Source: Selaginella moellendorffii (Eukaryota > Plantae > Lycopodiophyta). Taken from it: a stretch of 64,000 nt of DNA. Made by a program: the position numbers and the translations under genes. Positions 14,111-26,219 of the stretch are shown here, piece by piece. Under the pieces are notes generated by a model that had not been told where the DNA came from, made no database searches, and worked only from the letters and a program-made list of their open reading frames with translations. Every line of letters begins with the position of its first letter. The first letter of the stretch is position 1. The DNA is taken from NCBI RefSeq assembly GCF_000143415.4, contig NW_003314327.1, positions 326,851 to 390,850 on the forward strand, read 5' to 3'.

Positions 14111-14821
14111 CGCCTGGGTGAAAAGCTGGACAGTGAATTATAAGTGTGTTATGTAAAAGGTGAATGCCATGAATTTCCTAAGGTCCCATTTCCCTCGTTG
14201 TTCCAGTCTAGAGTAAGAGAGGGTGATTTCGGTCTGAAAATCTTCCAAGTGCCTCTATCCAGAGAATGCTGCGTGTCTTATTGTAAGATCATGGCACCCT
14301 TCTATATTTTTCCCCGAAGATTTGGAGGCGCTGTGCTTCGGAATTGCTCAGGTAGCACTCTTTTACAAAATGTCTGCTACAACGAGGTCTCCATGCCCAA
14401 GCTATTTCTTAACCTTTTTCTGATGTCCAAAGCACTTGGTGCTTCTCAGTTTGTTGTGTAAAGAGTTGAAGGAATTCTAAGCTCCATTCACCTCGTCTTA
14501 CGGCAGGCAGCGTTGCTGGTGGTTAATATAATATTATTAATCAAATATATTTAATCTTAATATTCCCGTCATTATTCAGGAAAACCATCAGCTGAACTCT
14601 TCCACATATATTATCGCATGCAAAATGTCAAGGCTGCCGGCTCCAGCACTTTGAAATGTTCGTCGTCAACGAAAATAATCCTATAGTAGGCCATGTACTA
14701 ATCCGTGTACGATGGACTTATCTTTCGCTAAAAGCATGCATCCCGAAGACTTGCCCCCTTAAATAGCGATGGCTTTGTGCTGAAATGGCATCCCTCCTCG
14801 CCAAGTATTTCCTACACTACA

Positions 14822-15181
14822 ATGGCCAAGAAGTTGTTTCTCCTTGCAATTGTCATTCCCTTGTTTGCAAGCCTGGTTGCAGGGAGATGCACCGATCAGC
14901 GAGATGTGGTCATCAGAAACCTTCGCACTTATGCAAGAGGGAGTGTCTACGGCAGCAACCTCAACCTTCTGTTTGACAGGCTGATCACCACAACAGGCTA
15001 CGATCATGTTGGCTCTGGCAGCAACCGAGTTTACGGGTTCTCCGAGTGCTATGGATCGCCCAACTGCCGCAGTTGCCTTTTGGCCGCCGTGAATTCGATC
15101 CGATCTGCAGCTCCCAGAGCAATAGGCGCTCGGATCTGCAAAGCTTTGTGCTACCTTCGTTACGAAAACTATAGAATCTGA
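14822..15181 (+). CDS. Secreted single-domain Gnk2/DUF26 (ginkbilobin-2-like) protein
   Basis: Signal peptide MAKKLFLLAIVIPLFASLVAG; Y.SNLNLLF..L, VYGFSEC, CxxCL..A, GARI....CYLRYENY. Confidence 0.85.
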   Translation: MAKKLFLLAIVIPLFASLVAGRCTDQRDVVIRNLRTYARGSVYGSNLNLLFDRLITTTGYDHVGSGSNRVYGFSECYGSPNCRSCLLAAVNSIRSAAPRAIGARICKALCYLRYENYRI

Positions 15182-15295
15182 ACGGAGTGAAAAGCTAAAT
15201 AAGAGGAGATGATGGCTTTAGCAAAAATATTATAAGTGTGTTATGTAAGGTGTTCGAAGTGAGAATTTCTTAGGATCCTATTTCTCTCATTGTAT

Positions 15296-15666
15296 TTTTC
15301 ATGCTCCAGTCAAGAATAAGAGAGATAAACTAAGCTTCTAGCGGAATACCATCAACACACTTGGGCAGGGAACAAGATTTCGAATATGTCCGCCTGAGTA
15401 ACAGCAGTTCGCGGCCTAGAAACATTTTGAGAATTTTCTAGGATCCTATTTCTCTGGAAGAGCTTGATCAGCGCTTGCAAAGTTCATGGTAGCGGCAAGA
15501 ACATTTTTTCATGCTCCAGTCAAGAGTAAGAGAGATAAACTAAAGCTTCTAGCGAGATACCATCAACACACTTGGGCAAGGAACAAGATTTCGAATATGT
15601 CCGCCTCGGTAACAGAGTCTGGAGACAGAGTTCGCGGCCTACCACGCCCCAGAAACATTTTGAGAA
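15296..15666 (+). repeat. Imperfect direct repeat of about 140-160 bp (15296-15434 and 15506-15666)
   Basis: ttttcatgctccagtcaaga...gaacaagatttcgaatatgtccgcct...agaaacattttgagaa occurs twice. Confidence 0.85.
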
Positions 15667-16189
15667 CATATAATTGCTGAAGACATTTTGAAAGTTTAGG
15701 GTTTTGACAAAGCCCAGCCCTGGTGAGTGGAGTATGATTTCGGTGTGGAAATCTCAACTTCTATCCAGAGCATGCTGCGTGTCTCATTGTCCTTGCTCCA
15801 GCGTTGCCAAGAGGCTCATTTGGAAGAAACTTTAAGATCTTGGCATCCTTCTTCGTTTATATTTTTCCCCGAAGATTTGTGGTTTTCGTACACCTGGGGG
15901 CGCTGTGCTTCGCACACGCTACGGGAATAATTTGTCTCCAGGTAAATGCTACTATAACGACTAACAAACGTTTGTTTTGCATGTTCCTGCGCAAGCACTC
16001 ACTTACAAAATGTCTGCTACAACGAGGTAAAATATGCCCAGGCTATGTCTTGATGTCCAAAACATTTGGTGCTTCTCAGTTTGTCTCTACTCGAGTTTTT
16101 ATGTATTGTCTGGCCTCTTTCTATTTGCACCAGCAACACGAGCTTCGTTTTGTTTGTCATTTCTCCAATCAATTTCTCACTATACGATC

Positions 16190-16420
16190 TGCAGAACTAT
16201 GAGCGGTTACATTCATTGCATCGGTCGAACTGGTCGAGCTGGGAATGCTGAGGTAGCTATTTCTTTTGTAAGTCGCTCTCGTGCAGCTTCTCAATTGTCA
16301 GGAATTTTCAACCTCAAGAGTCTTCGAGCTGGAGATTAGTTTGGCACTGGCCTGAAGTTTACGCGAGGCGTAACGACTTGACAGAAGCTCGGGCGAAGAA
16401 CTCTGAAAGATGGGAACGTA
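16190..16420 (+). pseudogene. Eroded duplicate of the 3' exons of RH16
   Basis: [21 protein letters not shown]|gtaagt copies 10780-10860; 16362-16415 resembles exon 11091-11173. Confidence 0.85.
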
Positions 16421-16856
16421 TGTCTTTTTCGCTGCGCAGCTACTTGCGCAGCAAGCTTCAGCCTTTTCAGGTCCTCTGGTAGCGGGACAAGTGACGAAAT
16501 CTCCCAATGCTCGGATTTATACAAGAAGTAAAGTCGATTGGCGTAAGCGCTCTGTTCGGGATTCGTTGTTTTGAGCGTTGACTCGGTGATATTTCTTGCA
16601 GAAAAAATGGAAAAAAAAAAAAAAAAACAGAATGCGTGGTGGGAAATCTGATCGGGCACAACTACCAGGCAGGTAGTCATAAGAATGCACATTCGTCGAA
16701 GAGAACACATCAGCAGCAGAAACTGTGAATGCGGTAAGTGCTCTCTTTCGGACTGGCTCACGTGAAACTATGCAGACTCGTTATTGGCACTGAATAAAAG
16801 GCTACGATATATATGCGCAGGAAAAAGTATTCTCGCGCAAGGAAGGCTATAATTCT

Positions 16857-19162
16857 TCAAGTGTCTACGAGCACTCGTTCTTCGTACTCACAGGGTTGAA
16901 GTGCATTTTCCTGTCAAGCAAAAGCGCGAGTCAGGTCAGCCATTTACAAGTGAAGGACAAAAGGGACTTACTTCCGAGTATCTTAGGTGACCGGGTCTCA
17001 GCTTGCGTGATTTGACGGTGGCTTCCCATTTCGCGTTCTTCTGCTCGACCGAAGGAGACTGCGGAAGAGCTTTCCAGAGCCAGGAATGAGAAGGCGATTT
17101 CGGTGGCAGCAGCGGCGACGTTCCACCCGTCGGGGAGTTTGATCCGTTGTTTCTGGCCGGGGACTGTAGTGGCAACTCAAGCGTCGCCGGTCTGTCGAAG
17201 CCGGAGTGCGTTGAAGGTGGCCGACTCCAGTGAACTTCTTTCTTCCTGGCCGGACTGGTTTCGCCATTCGCTACGGCGGCTTTGGAAGTCTCCTGATGGT
17301 TAAGCAACCATCCTGGACTTGGCGAAGTGGCAGCGTTTTTATCAGCGGTCACCAGCAGGTTGGTTTCCAGCCGCTTCGCGAGAGTAGCAGGCACGACGAG
17401 CTCCGTAACTCTCCGCTGGTTGGAGTTCCTGTCGACGACCCATGGAGAGAAGCCATCGTTCCTATACGGGTCCTCGGGAGGCTTGTAGTTCTCCGGCAGT
17501 CCCAGGAAGCCTTTGGCCTCGTGCAGCGGCGACACGGAGCCTCTATAGTACGAAGAGTTCTCGGGCTTTTGCGGACTCACCGGGGGCTTGTTGCCAAAGG
17601 TGCTGTCGCAGTCGTAGAAGGTTTCGTGGCTCTTCGGCGGCAGCTTTCGTGGGGAATCCAGCTTGGTCGCTGCTGCTTTACGAGGCTGGTGCTTTTGTTT
17701 CGGACGGGGGCACTTTCTATCATCTTCCGTTTCGGTCTCGGAGGCCTCGCTCTGTGGACAACAACCGAATCAGTTCGCTCAAAAAGATGGCAGGAGTGGC
17801 GACAGAAAACAAGTATTTTACCTCGTGACGTATGGTCAGGCCGCCGTTCACCTTCTTCACAAAGATGCTCGTGTGGAAGTCGTCCGTGGCGAACCGGTTA
17901 CGGGCCCTGTCGCTGCAGCGTCTCAGTCTGGACGACGGATACTGGGGACGGAGGTGCCGGAGCGCGAACGAGAAGAAGCCGCAAGCTTTCAGCGCGAAGA
18001 AGTCGTCATGCTCGGTGGTGGTGGTGGTGGTGACGGCGGCGGCGGCGGCGGCCTTGTCGGAGCTGCGAGGGATGCTACTGGCGAACTTGTACTGATACGT
18101 TTGGATCCTCTCCACACTCGCCGCGACTTGGTTCCGGGGGCTGCTGGTACTGTGAGGACTACTCAACTTGGCCAAGTTGGCCTGCTGGGAATTGTTACCG
18201 CGCGGCTTGGGAGAGAAGGAGGAAACCAGCGGCGAGGCGAAGGGCGTGGACGAGGCGGACTCGTCGGCCATGGCCTTGGCAGCAGGCAGGAACCTGCGGA
18301 GTATGAAATCCCGAGCCGCCGGGTCGTCGCTCGAGAGATTGGTGGGCGACTTGCGATACGCTGGTGGATCTAGCGTCAAGCTTTCACTTTGCCGAGCGTC
18401 GGAGGACAATGCATCGTCTACCTGAACTAGCTGCTCGTCCGACTCACAGGTGGAAGACGGGACGCCTTTGCTCTTGAAGAGATCCCCAAGCTGCTGCCTT
18501 TGCTTGCCGCGAGGCGGCGAATCCTTGCGCAAATCCGGTGGTGGTGGTGGCGACTTTTTCCTCTGCCTCGACTGCCGCAGCGGCTGAGCTTTCACATCGG
18601 CTACAGAGTGTTTCCTCTGCTGCTCCTGTTGGTGGTGGTGGTGGTGGTGGTGGTGGTGGCGGTGGTGGCGATATGAATCCGTGGTGGCGGGACGAGCAGG
18701 GGTCCAGGTGATGGCTGTTCTTCCCGGGGGCAGTGAAGGCGAGGAGCATGAGTTTCGAGCAGCGGCAGCAAAGTCGGTGTTGGCAGCGGGAGGCTCGAAC
18801 TTAGGCCGTCCGGGCGTCCTCTCCCACACAAACGGCACCGCGCCAGGACTCCTCAGCGATCCCCAGCAAGCGCCCTCGTCCTCGTCGTCCTCTTTACTCA
18901 CCTGGGGGCTGTCGCAGAATTCACTCCTTCGGTTCATCAATCCCCACCTTTGCTGCTGCTGCTGGAGGAGCTGATGCTGGTGGTGAGATTGCTGCTGCTG
19001 CTGCTGGATTTGCTCGTCGTCTGACGATGATGCCTCCAGGTGGTGCCTCCGGATCGACATGAGGGGTGCATTTAGATCCAACTTCTTCTCCCGGAGGAAC
19101 TCCTGGGATTGCTGCTGCTGCTGCTGTAGGAGCTGCTGCTGGATAATGCTCGAGAACACCAT
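16857..19162 (-). CDS. DUF688 family protein, 3 exons, with poly-Q and poly-H tracts
   Basis: LDLNAPLMSIRR, PGAVPFVWERTPGRPK, DPAARDFILRRFLPAAKAMA, PKSPSHSWL, KWEATVK...HLRYSEE; introns at about 17821-17751 and 16971-16911. Confidence 0.85.
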
Positions 19163-20589
19163 CGCTGGAGTCTAGCTTCTACCAGGTAAGCAAATCTTTT
19201 CTTTTCTCCTTTTTTATTTTCTCCTTCGCTACCTCATAGTCGTCAACGATTTCCTTCTTTTCCCCGATCCAGGAACAGCTACATTGATCCAAATCTCCAT
19301 CGCTGGCTCTCGCAATGCCGAAACTCTGGATCGATCAAGCGAAACACAGAAAAGAATAAGAAGAGAGGTAAGTATTTCTATCCTCGTGGAGGTTTAATAT
19401 ATGTTTTCCTCCCAGCCAAACGAAGAAACACCAAGAGTGTGATCGCGAGGCGTAGCTCAACAAGGAACTACCACCGATTCCCATAGAACCTGCATTGCCC
19501 CCCCATCCCATCGCGCTTACAACACACAGATAAAATAGAAGAAGCGAACACCACAAGAACGAGAAAACTGGAAGAACGAAAAAAAAACAGAGAGTAAAAG
19601 CCGTCGGATATTCTGTCTGATCCAGACACGTGACGGGGATATTCTGGTCCGTCAACTTTGGCTGGCCCATGCAGGGAAATTCCTATGTGTGTAAAGGACC
19701 ATGGGATTAAACATAGAAGACTGGACCAACCAAGTCGAGACACGGCATGCAAGGCCAGAGTGTCTTACATGTGTAAGAGGGAACCAAGAAGCCCTGTCAT
19801 GGGCATTTGCAGTAATTATTTTTTGCTGAGGTAGGTTATTTTTCTCGTTTTCCCCTTTGTACGGAAATTGAGAGTGGCTTTCGTAGATCTCCGTCCATTT
19901 TCCTGCTGATTGGGATTTTCTTGATTTTGCTTTTGGGATTGCGATCGCTTACCAACCGTCCGTTCTTTGATTTTTTACCGACTGTTGAAAGCGCGAGCGG
20001 CGAGGCTCGCTCGCGTTACTCATCACGTACTGGATTTTGAGCTACCCGGGGGTGAATCTTAATGATCTTTTCTAGAATCTCACGTCGAGGCAAACGTAAT
20101 TGGCGATTTAGATGTTAGCATACCACTGATGCATGGATGAAATTGTTTTCTTATGGTTTTATTTTCTGTTGGAGAGTGTTTGGTGAAAAATAGCACCGGA
20201 CCCACGTGAGAAATCACAAAACAAAGACCACCCAGTCGACCAGCGATCCATCAGTTAGGTTTGCAATTGAGGAGAAACTGGAAGGATTGGGATTGCTTGC
20301 ACCCCAAAACCAATCGCGATCTGGGCCCTCTAGATTCGATCAATCGATTGATTTGCCCACACTTCCTTGCTAATGCCGAGGGTGATGTCTCATGGCTTTG
20401 ACGCCAAGCAACTTAAACATGTCAAGTCAATGCACAGTAGTCAGCGCCACCGCAAAGACCAAACACTAAAGTCAACGTCACATTTAGAAGTCAAAGCCCA
20501 TGTTCCACCGTGACGTTTACATTTTCCGTCGGTCAACTTTCCTAGTCCATGCTTCGGTCAACTAAAGCTGCTTCAGTTAACATTTTCAC

Positions 20590-21912
20590 CATAGTCAACG
20601 CCGAGGAATTTGTAGAAGCGCAGCCATTTCTCCTCTTCTTCCTTGCTGCGCACTGCGTGGGCCGTGCCGCCTCGGCATCGCCCAGCGCCTTGCGGGCCTC
20701 GCCCAGCTTCCTCGTCACGGCCTCGAACACCGATTTCTCCTTGCGGTTCCTGCGCGCCATCTCCTCGAGCTTGGCCACCTTGCTCGCCAGCTCCTTGATC
20801 TCGTCCTGCTGCCTCACCAGCGAGCGCCGATCCTCCTTCGACTTCCCGGTCGCCGCCACCGCTGGTTTCTTCTCCTTTGCGGACGAATCCATCCGGGACG
20901 AGGACGAGAGCTGGACGTTGATGAAGCTGAACACCTCTGCTTCCTCCAGTGCTTTGCTCGCGCGTCTCGCCTCGGCGAATTTCCTGTCCCGCTTTCTCTT
21001 GCCGCCGCGGGATTTCTTCTTTGCCGACAGCTTGTGTGGAGTGGACTCGCTCACGAAGTCGAGGGATGTCTTCTCGGACCTGGAGAAGTGTGACGAGCCC
21101 CTGGCCGCTAGTCCCAAGGCCAGAGCCTTGCTTGTATCGCATCTTGGCCATGAGCCTGGAAGCCACTCCTCCGGTATGCTTCTCCTAGTTGGCGAACACT
21201 GTCTCGGTTTGCTGGTCTCCTGAGAAAGTCCCGATTCCTGGCAAGATTTCTTCGTCGTCGCTTGACTCGTCACTGCTGCTGCTGCTGCTAGTGCTTCTAG
21301 AATCTGTCACCGCTGCATACTCGCTGAGAGCTAGAGTTTCTTTTTCGACGATCGCTTTGCTGCCATCGTCGCTGAAAACCACATTCACCACTTGGAGCTG
21401 ATCCACCAGCTTCTCGACTTCGGCATCACCCCAAAGACGTGTTCCATCGTCGGTGGAGCTGCAAGCCAGGACTGTAGAGCCGATCTCTATCTCTTGCCAT
21501 CTTACGCCTGGAACCTGTAAAATGGAAAGTTCTCTCTCATTTTTTTACCATGGGAGGAACGACAGCTTTAGCCATATCGGCTGCGCCGCTGGAAGAAGAA
21601 GCTGCAAATCTGCACACTCGGCCGGATGTCGTTAGTTTTTCAATCTCAAAAACCACTAAAACAATTCCATCAGTGTGTCGCAAGCGGCGTAACAACAAAG
21701 TGCTGCTCTCGTTGTTGTTGTTGTTGTTGTTCGTCTTTATCGCGAGTGAGTAATTCTTTCGACGAATCGAACTGGAGAAGCAGGCGGCGACGCTTGAGAG
21801 ACAGCAAGCTTTCCTCGAGCTCCTTGACCCTCGTTGACAGATCCTCTCGCAACTACATTAAGAAAAATACTACAAAGATATACTTACCTCCTAATTCCCA
21901 GGTTGGTGGAGC
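20590..21912 (-). pseudogene. Pseudogene duplicate of the ZGPAT (CCCH/G-patch) gene
   Basis: Highly similar to 26220-27800, with several short deletions and frameshifts, a stop in the CCCH exon (RYG*SCRSSH) and a truncated first exon. Confidence 0.9.
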
Positions 21913-21979
21913 ACTGTGGGAGCGACATTCTTACAAGCCGCGACACGAGACGATCCGCGGGAGAGGCTTCGCAACACCG

Positions 21980-23929
21980 ATGACACGATATCGGCCCCAT
22001 GGCAGATTGGAGTGCAGCCGATCGAATTGTCCCGCAGTCTCCTCGGGTGTTCGGGCCGCCGCCTCCCCGCGTGCTCCAGCTGAAGTTCTTGCCAGCGTCG
22101 CAAGCTCCATTCTTAAGCTCCGATCAGAAGAGGCGAGGCGTTCTCGTGGGAGTGTACGAACGCTAAATTCAAAATAAAACCTCTTTATGGGATTTGGATA
22201 AATTTGCCGATTTTTTCATGGACCATATTGATCACCTAAACTATAATATTTTTAGACTATACCAGTGCCAGAATATTCTGCGATGACGCGGGTATGGGGG
22301 AAAACGGATCCCTTCGCCTTCCCGGCGAGCGAGTTTCAGTTCGGTTTGTTGCGAGCCGTGGAGCCGTTCTTACGAGTCCACCGCACAACGGCTGCCTCCC
22401 AGCTTGGCCCGAACGATAAGTTCAAGGGCGGGCAAATGAACAGGGATGCGCTTGACACATGCCTGCAAGTGATAACTCCTTCCATGGTGGATTATGAGAG
22501 GTATGCTCCTTTCTTTTGTCACGAGTGTTGCTAAGCTGGTATGGTTTTGCTGAGAGAAACGTACAATCCAGGTCCCCCTGCAAAAGGGTTCTAGCACGGG
22601 GCTGGATTGTACCTTCTCAAAGCAAAACCTTGCTTTCTCTACACAGGAGTTTTAAAGAACCTCGCACGGAGCTCAACGTACGACCGAGGCATCTGGAACT
22701 TATCCGCCAAGTGGAGAAGTTCACAAGGCCCACAGAAGTGGCATTGTATGAAGATGACGCAGCAATGGCCGAGGAAGTTGGCGATGAAGATGAACTTGGT
22801 CAGAAGGGCTTCACTATCACGCTGGCGGGTGGAGACAAGGACGACAAGCTGGTCGCCGAAGTTTACAGAGGCAAAGAAGTTGAGGAAGCTCCTGGTCATG
22901 AATCTCCTGGCAGCTCGTCCGACGATGACGAGGGGCTCCACATGGATACGGAAGCTGCTCCAGAGGACGTCCCGGACAAGGATAGGACCGATGCTAGAGT
23001 TTTTGTTTTCAACGAAGGGCCACGCAACCGCGCGGATGAGCTGGAGAAACCTTACTTGTCAGCACAACGTTGTACGCTGGTCAGTGAATTCAACGACGAC
23101 GAGGATTGGAACGCAATCGCTCAAGCTGCAGCATATGCACGAGTAGAAGCACGGCGGAACTTGTCAAGCCGGCACTACAAGCCACGTAAGCGATCTTTGT
23201 TAGCAAATCTCTCTGGAAGCGCCTCGTTCTTGCAGTGTATCTCCTGGTGTTCTCAAAGACGAAATTCACATATGCAATCCTGAAACCGGAGGGGTACATC
23301 TTAACAGGAGGAAACAAAGTCACTGATGCTGCATACGCAGGTACGCAGCAGTATCTGATATCATGAAACGAACCACCTCTTTCAGATTTTGTCAACATTA
23401 CAAAGCCAGGGAGCACCCCTTGGCCCAAGAAAACGATGGACAGCATGCTTGAGGTTGGCACCTCATACCTCCGAAGGAACTACAGTGACAAGAGCAATCC
23501 GAAATACCCCAAGCGTCCTTATGTTGTTGGCGACTTGTTGGTTGCTCCACAGGTGATTTTCCTTCGGTTGGTTTTGTGCTTGACTGGTAATGGTAATTGC
23601 AATGTGTGCAGTGGTATACGCTCCCGAGCACTGAGGTCATGGGTGGCTTCTTCTCGCCAGACGCCAAGAAGTTCTACGAGGGACTGCTGCGTATCGCAGT
23701 GGGCGACAGGGTGCTCAAATTCACTCCATACCATGTAATGGCGGCTCTGGGTGTGAGGATGGCCATGAGTACCAAGACGAGCGCTTTCCTGGGGGCCGAC
23801 TTTTCGAAGGGCTTAGCGGCTACGCAAGGGGCCCGAGCGTTTGAAATTGCTGCCTTTGGTGGGTTTCGTGTGAAGCTCCTGCGAGAGACTGTGGAAGATG
23901 GTGACACTAAGAGGCAGCGTGTCATGTAA
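21980..23929 (+). CDS. Orphan 6-exon protein (about 500 aa) with an acidic linker and a possible PD-(D/E)XK/REase-like core
   Basis: Phase-consistent GT-AG introns 22154-22255, 22501-22646, 23186-23235, 23341-23385 and 23553-23611 give one open frame; the first exon is the least certain. Confidence 0.6.
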
Positions 23930-24189
23930 ATTATACAAAATCTAGAGTATCACTGCTTAACTAATACCAATCAAATATCTTCTCCCCAACCAAGAAAACG
24001 AGTCCGTCAGACGAGGCAAACAACGTCATCTTTGTACTAACTTCGCAGATTTCCTCAATATTTTATGCCACCAGAGGCCAAACGCTTGGTTTCACCTTTG
24101 CCAGTCTTCAATTCAATCACCAAAGAAGCTAGCGACATCATGAGAAAATCTTCCGAGTTGATGCCAGAGCCCATGATATCCGGCACTTA

Positions 24190-25560
24190 GGGGGGCCCGG
24201 GAACCATTCACAAAAGGAACATCCAGTCCATAAACATGGTTTGTTTAATATATATGAAGTTCACATATCCCGTTACAATCTACTTTTGTCTCGAGATTAC
24301 CAATGATCTCTATGTTCCTGGCTCGCCATCTTTTGTCCATTTCTAAAGATTATCGGGTATAGTTGTTCAGTCAAATGAAAGTGCTGGTTCGGAAGATTCG
24401 AACGGTTTTCTTCAAGGAAATGATGCCTGAATATTCAGCCTCCTCTACGCTGGGAATCTCCAGCTCCAGATACTTATTGAATTTTAATTTAACTATGTAT
24501 CCTAGCAGACTAGGGGAAAAGTCGCCACTTCCTGAGGGACCGCCACCAGGGATTCTACCACCGCTAGCAGATTTCTCTCAATGTGTAGAGCACAATGCGT
24601 CAGAATCTCCAGGTATTTCAAATTCAGAGACTAATACCATAAGTTTTACAGAAGAAGAAGCAAGCAATGATCTAGAACCAACAGTCCAGGATAAGATCAC
24701 GCATGAACATTCGAAGACTATCCCTGCTATGTAAAACGGGCTGGCTGCATAGGAAGAATTGCAAGAGCCCGAATAGTACATGGAAACCAACGAGAGACAT
24801 TTTACAGTATCATGCTCACGCCGCTCAGGTGAGCCACTAACTTTACAGGAGATCAAAGAGCTTTCACTTGAAGGCAGCCATGTAGAGTATGCTCAATTTG
24901 AAAATGATTCCTGGAGGCTCGTTCCTCACAAGTCTGTACTGGCAAGGGCCTTGATCGTACCCCAAAGGCTGTACTCAATGAGGAGGAGTCAACTACAACG
25001 AAATATTTTCACCAGTTGCGAAGATGGTTTCAGTTCGTTATTTTCTTGTGATAGCCAATCATTTAGACTTAGATGTGGACGTTAAGAATGCCTTCCTCAA
25101 CTGAAAGCTTGATTAACAACTCTATATGCAACAGGCCCCAACATTTAAGAGATCAAAGGAAAGAACAATACATTTGCATTCTATTTATTGATTAAAGCAG
25201 ATCTAGTACAATACTTTGAATAAGTTTTTTTCTACACTTTGGTTTTTCTTGAATTGAGGCTGACTGGAATCTCTATTACTACGTCCATGACTCCTCAATC
25301 ATCCTGGCGTGTGTCCAAGTTGATGACTTGATCATAGTTCACTTTTTTTGCAGTCCTATAAACTTTCCAGGAAGAATGCACCATTTATCAGAATGTGGTA
25401 GGAGTACTGATTGACTTGACAACTGCGAGCAGGCTAGATCTCAACAGCAGTTTCACGTGTATCCAGTCCATGTAAAATCTAGGAAACAGACACGTCCAGG
25501 AATATTTGCCGGCACAATAGCATCTAGAATATCTGACAGAATATTCTTACTTGGTCCATC
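24190..25560 (+). mobile_element. Degenerate Ty1/copia pol remnant (integrase C-terminus plus RT)
   Basis: SKDYRV..KVLVRKIRTVFFKE; NDSWRLVP; GVNYNEIFSPVAKMVSVR; DVKNAFLN; QVDDLII; YQNVVGVL...SRLDL; many stops. Confidence 0.85.
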
Positions 25561-25569
25561 TGAAATATT

Positions 25570-26040
25570 CTAACGAATCTCAACATCAAGATTTATGGAA
25601 GTTACCATGAAAGATTCAATATGGAAATGAATAACTATGAGAAAAAAATGGGAAACAACCTGCAGTCTAGAGAAAAAAATGTTGTGGTTGAATGTTATAG
25701 ACTTTGTAGCTTTTGATATGGTCATGATAGGCCACAAAAACAATGTTTTTGTCAGAAGGATCAAGTTTGGTACAAGTTGGTGATAAAAGGTGCACAATGA
25801 AGACTCTTAAGTGAGAAAGTGATAAATGCATTGTAGACCAAAGAATGGCATTTGAAGAAAGAAAACAAGTGAATACTTGATTAAAAAGATAATTGGCAGT
25901 GGATGCAGCTTTGCCCCAAAAGATTGATGGCATAGAGGCTTCTGAATCATATTAAGAAGAGTGTGATTTTGATATTCTGAAATGCCATTTTGCTACGCAA
26001 AGTAGGCTACAAGAATATCATGTCAGAGGCAAACATAATT
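25570..26040 (-). mobile_element. Second copia integrase fragment, opposite orientation
   Basis: QNGISE, MPSIFWGKAASTANYLFN, LSHLRVF, TKLDP...VFVAY...KSYKVY. Confidence 0.85.
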
Positions 26041-26219
26041 GTATCATTCAAGGATTAAATTGTATTCTTATGGTTTCTGGAGGATTGGGATTAAAACCAT
26101 TTGCAATCTCAAGCGCAAAACATGTCAATTCAGTAGTCACCGCCACCTGCAAAGATCGAACTTAACAGTCAGCTTTTCAGTCAACATTTTGACCATGGTC
26201 AACGCCAAGCATTTTCTCT

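Noticed and set aside
16336-16761. 141-aa minus-strand ORF as the last exon of the DUF688 gene
   Set aside because: A nearer acceptor at about 16911 gives a clean terminal exon, and this ORF overlaps the RH16 remnant on the opposite strand.
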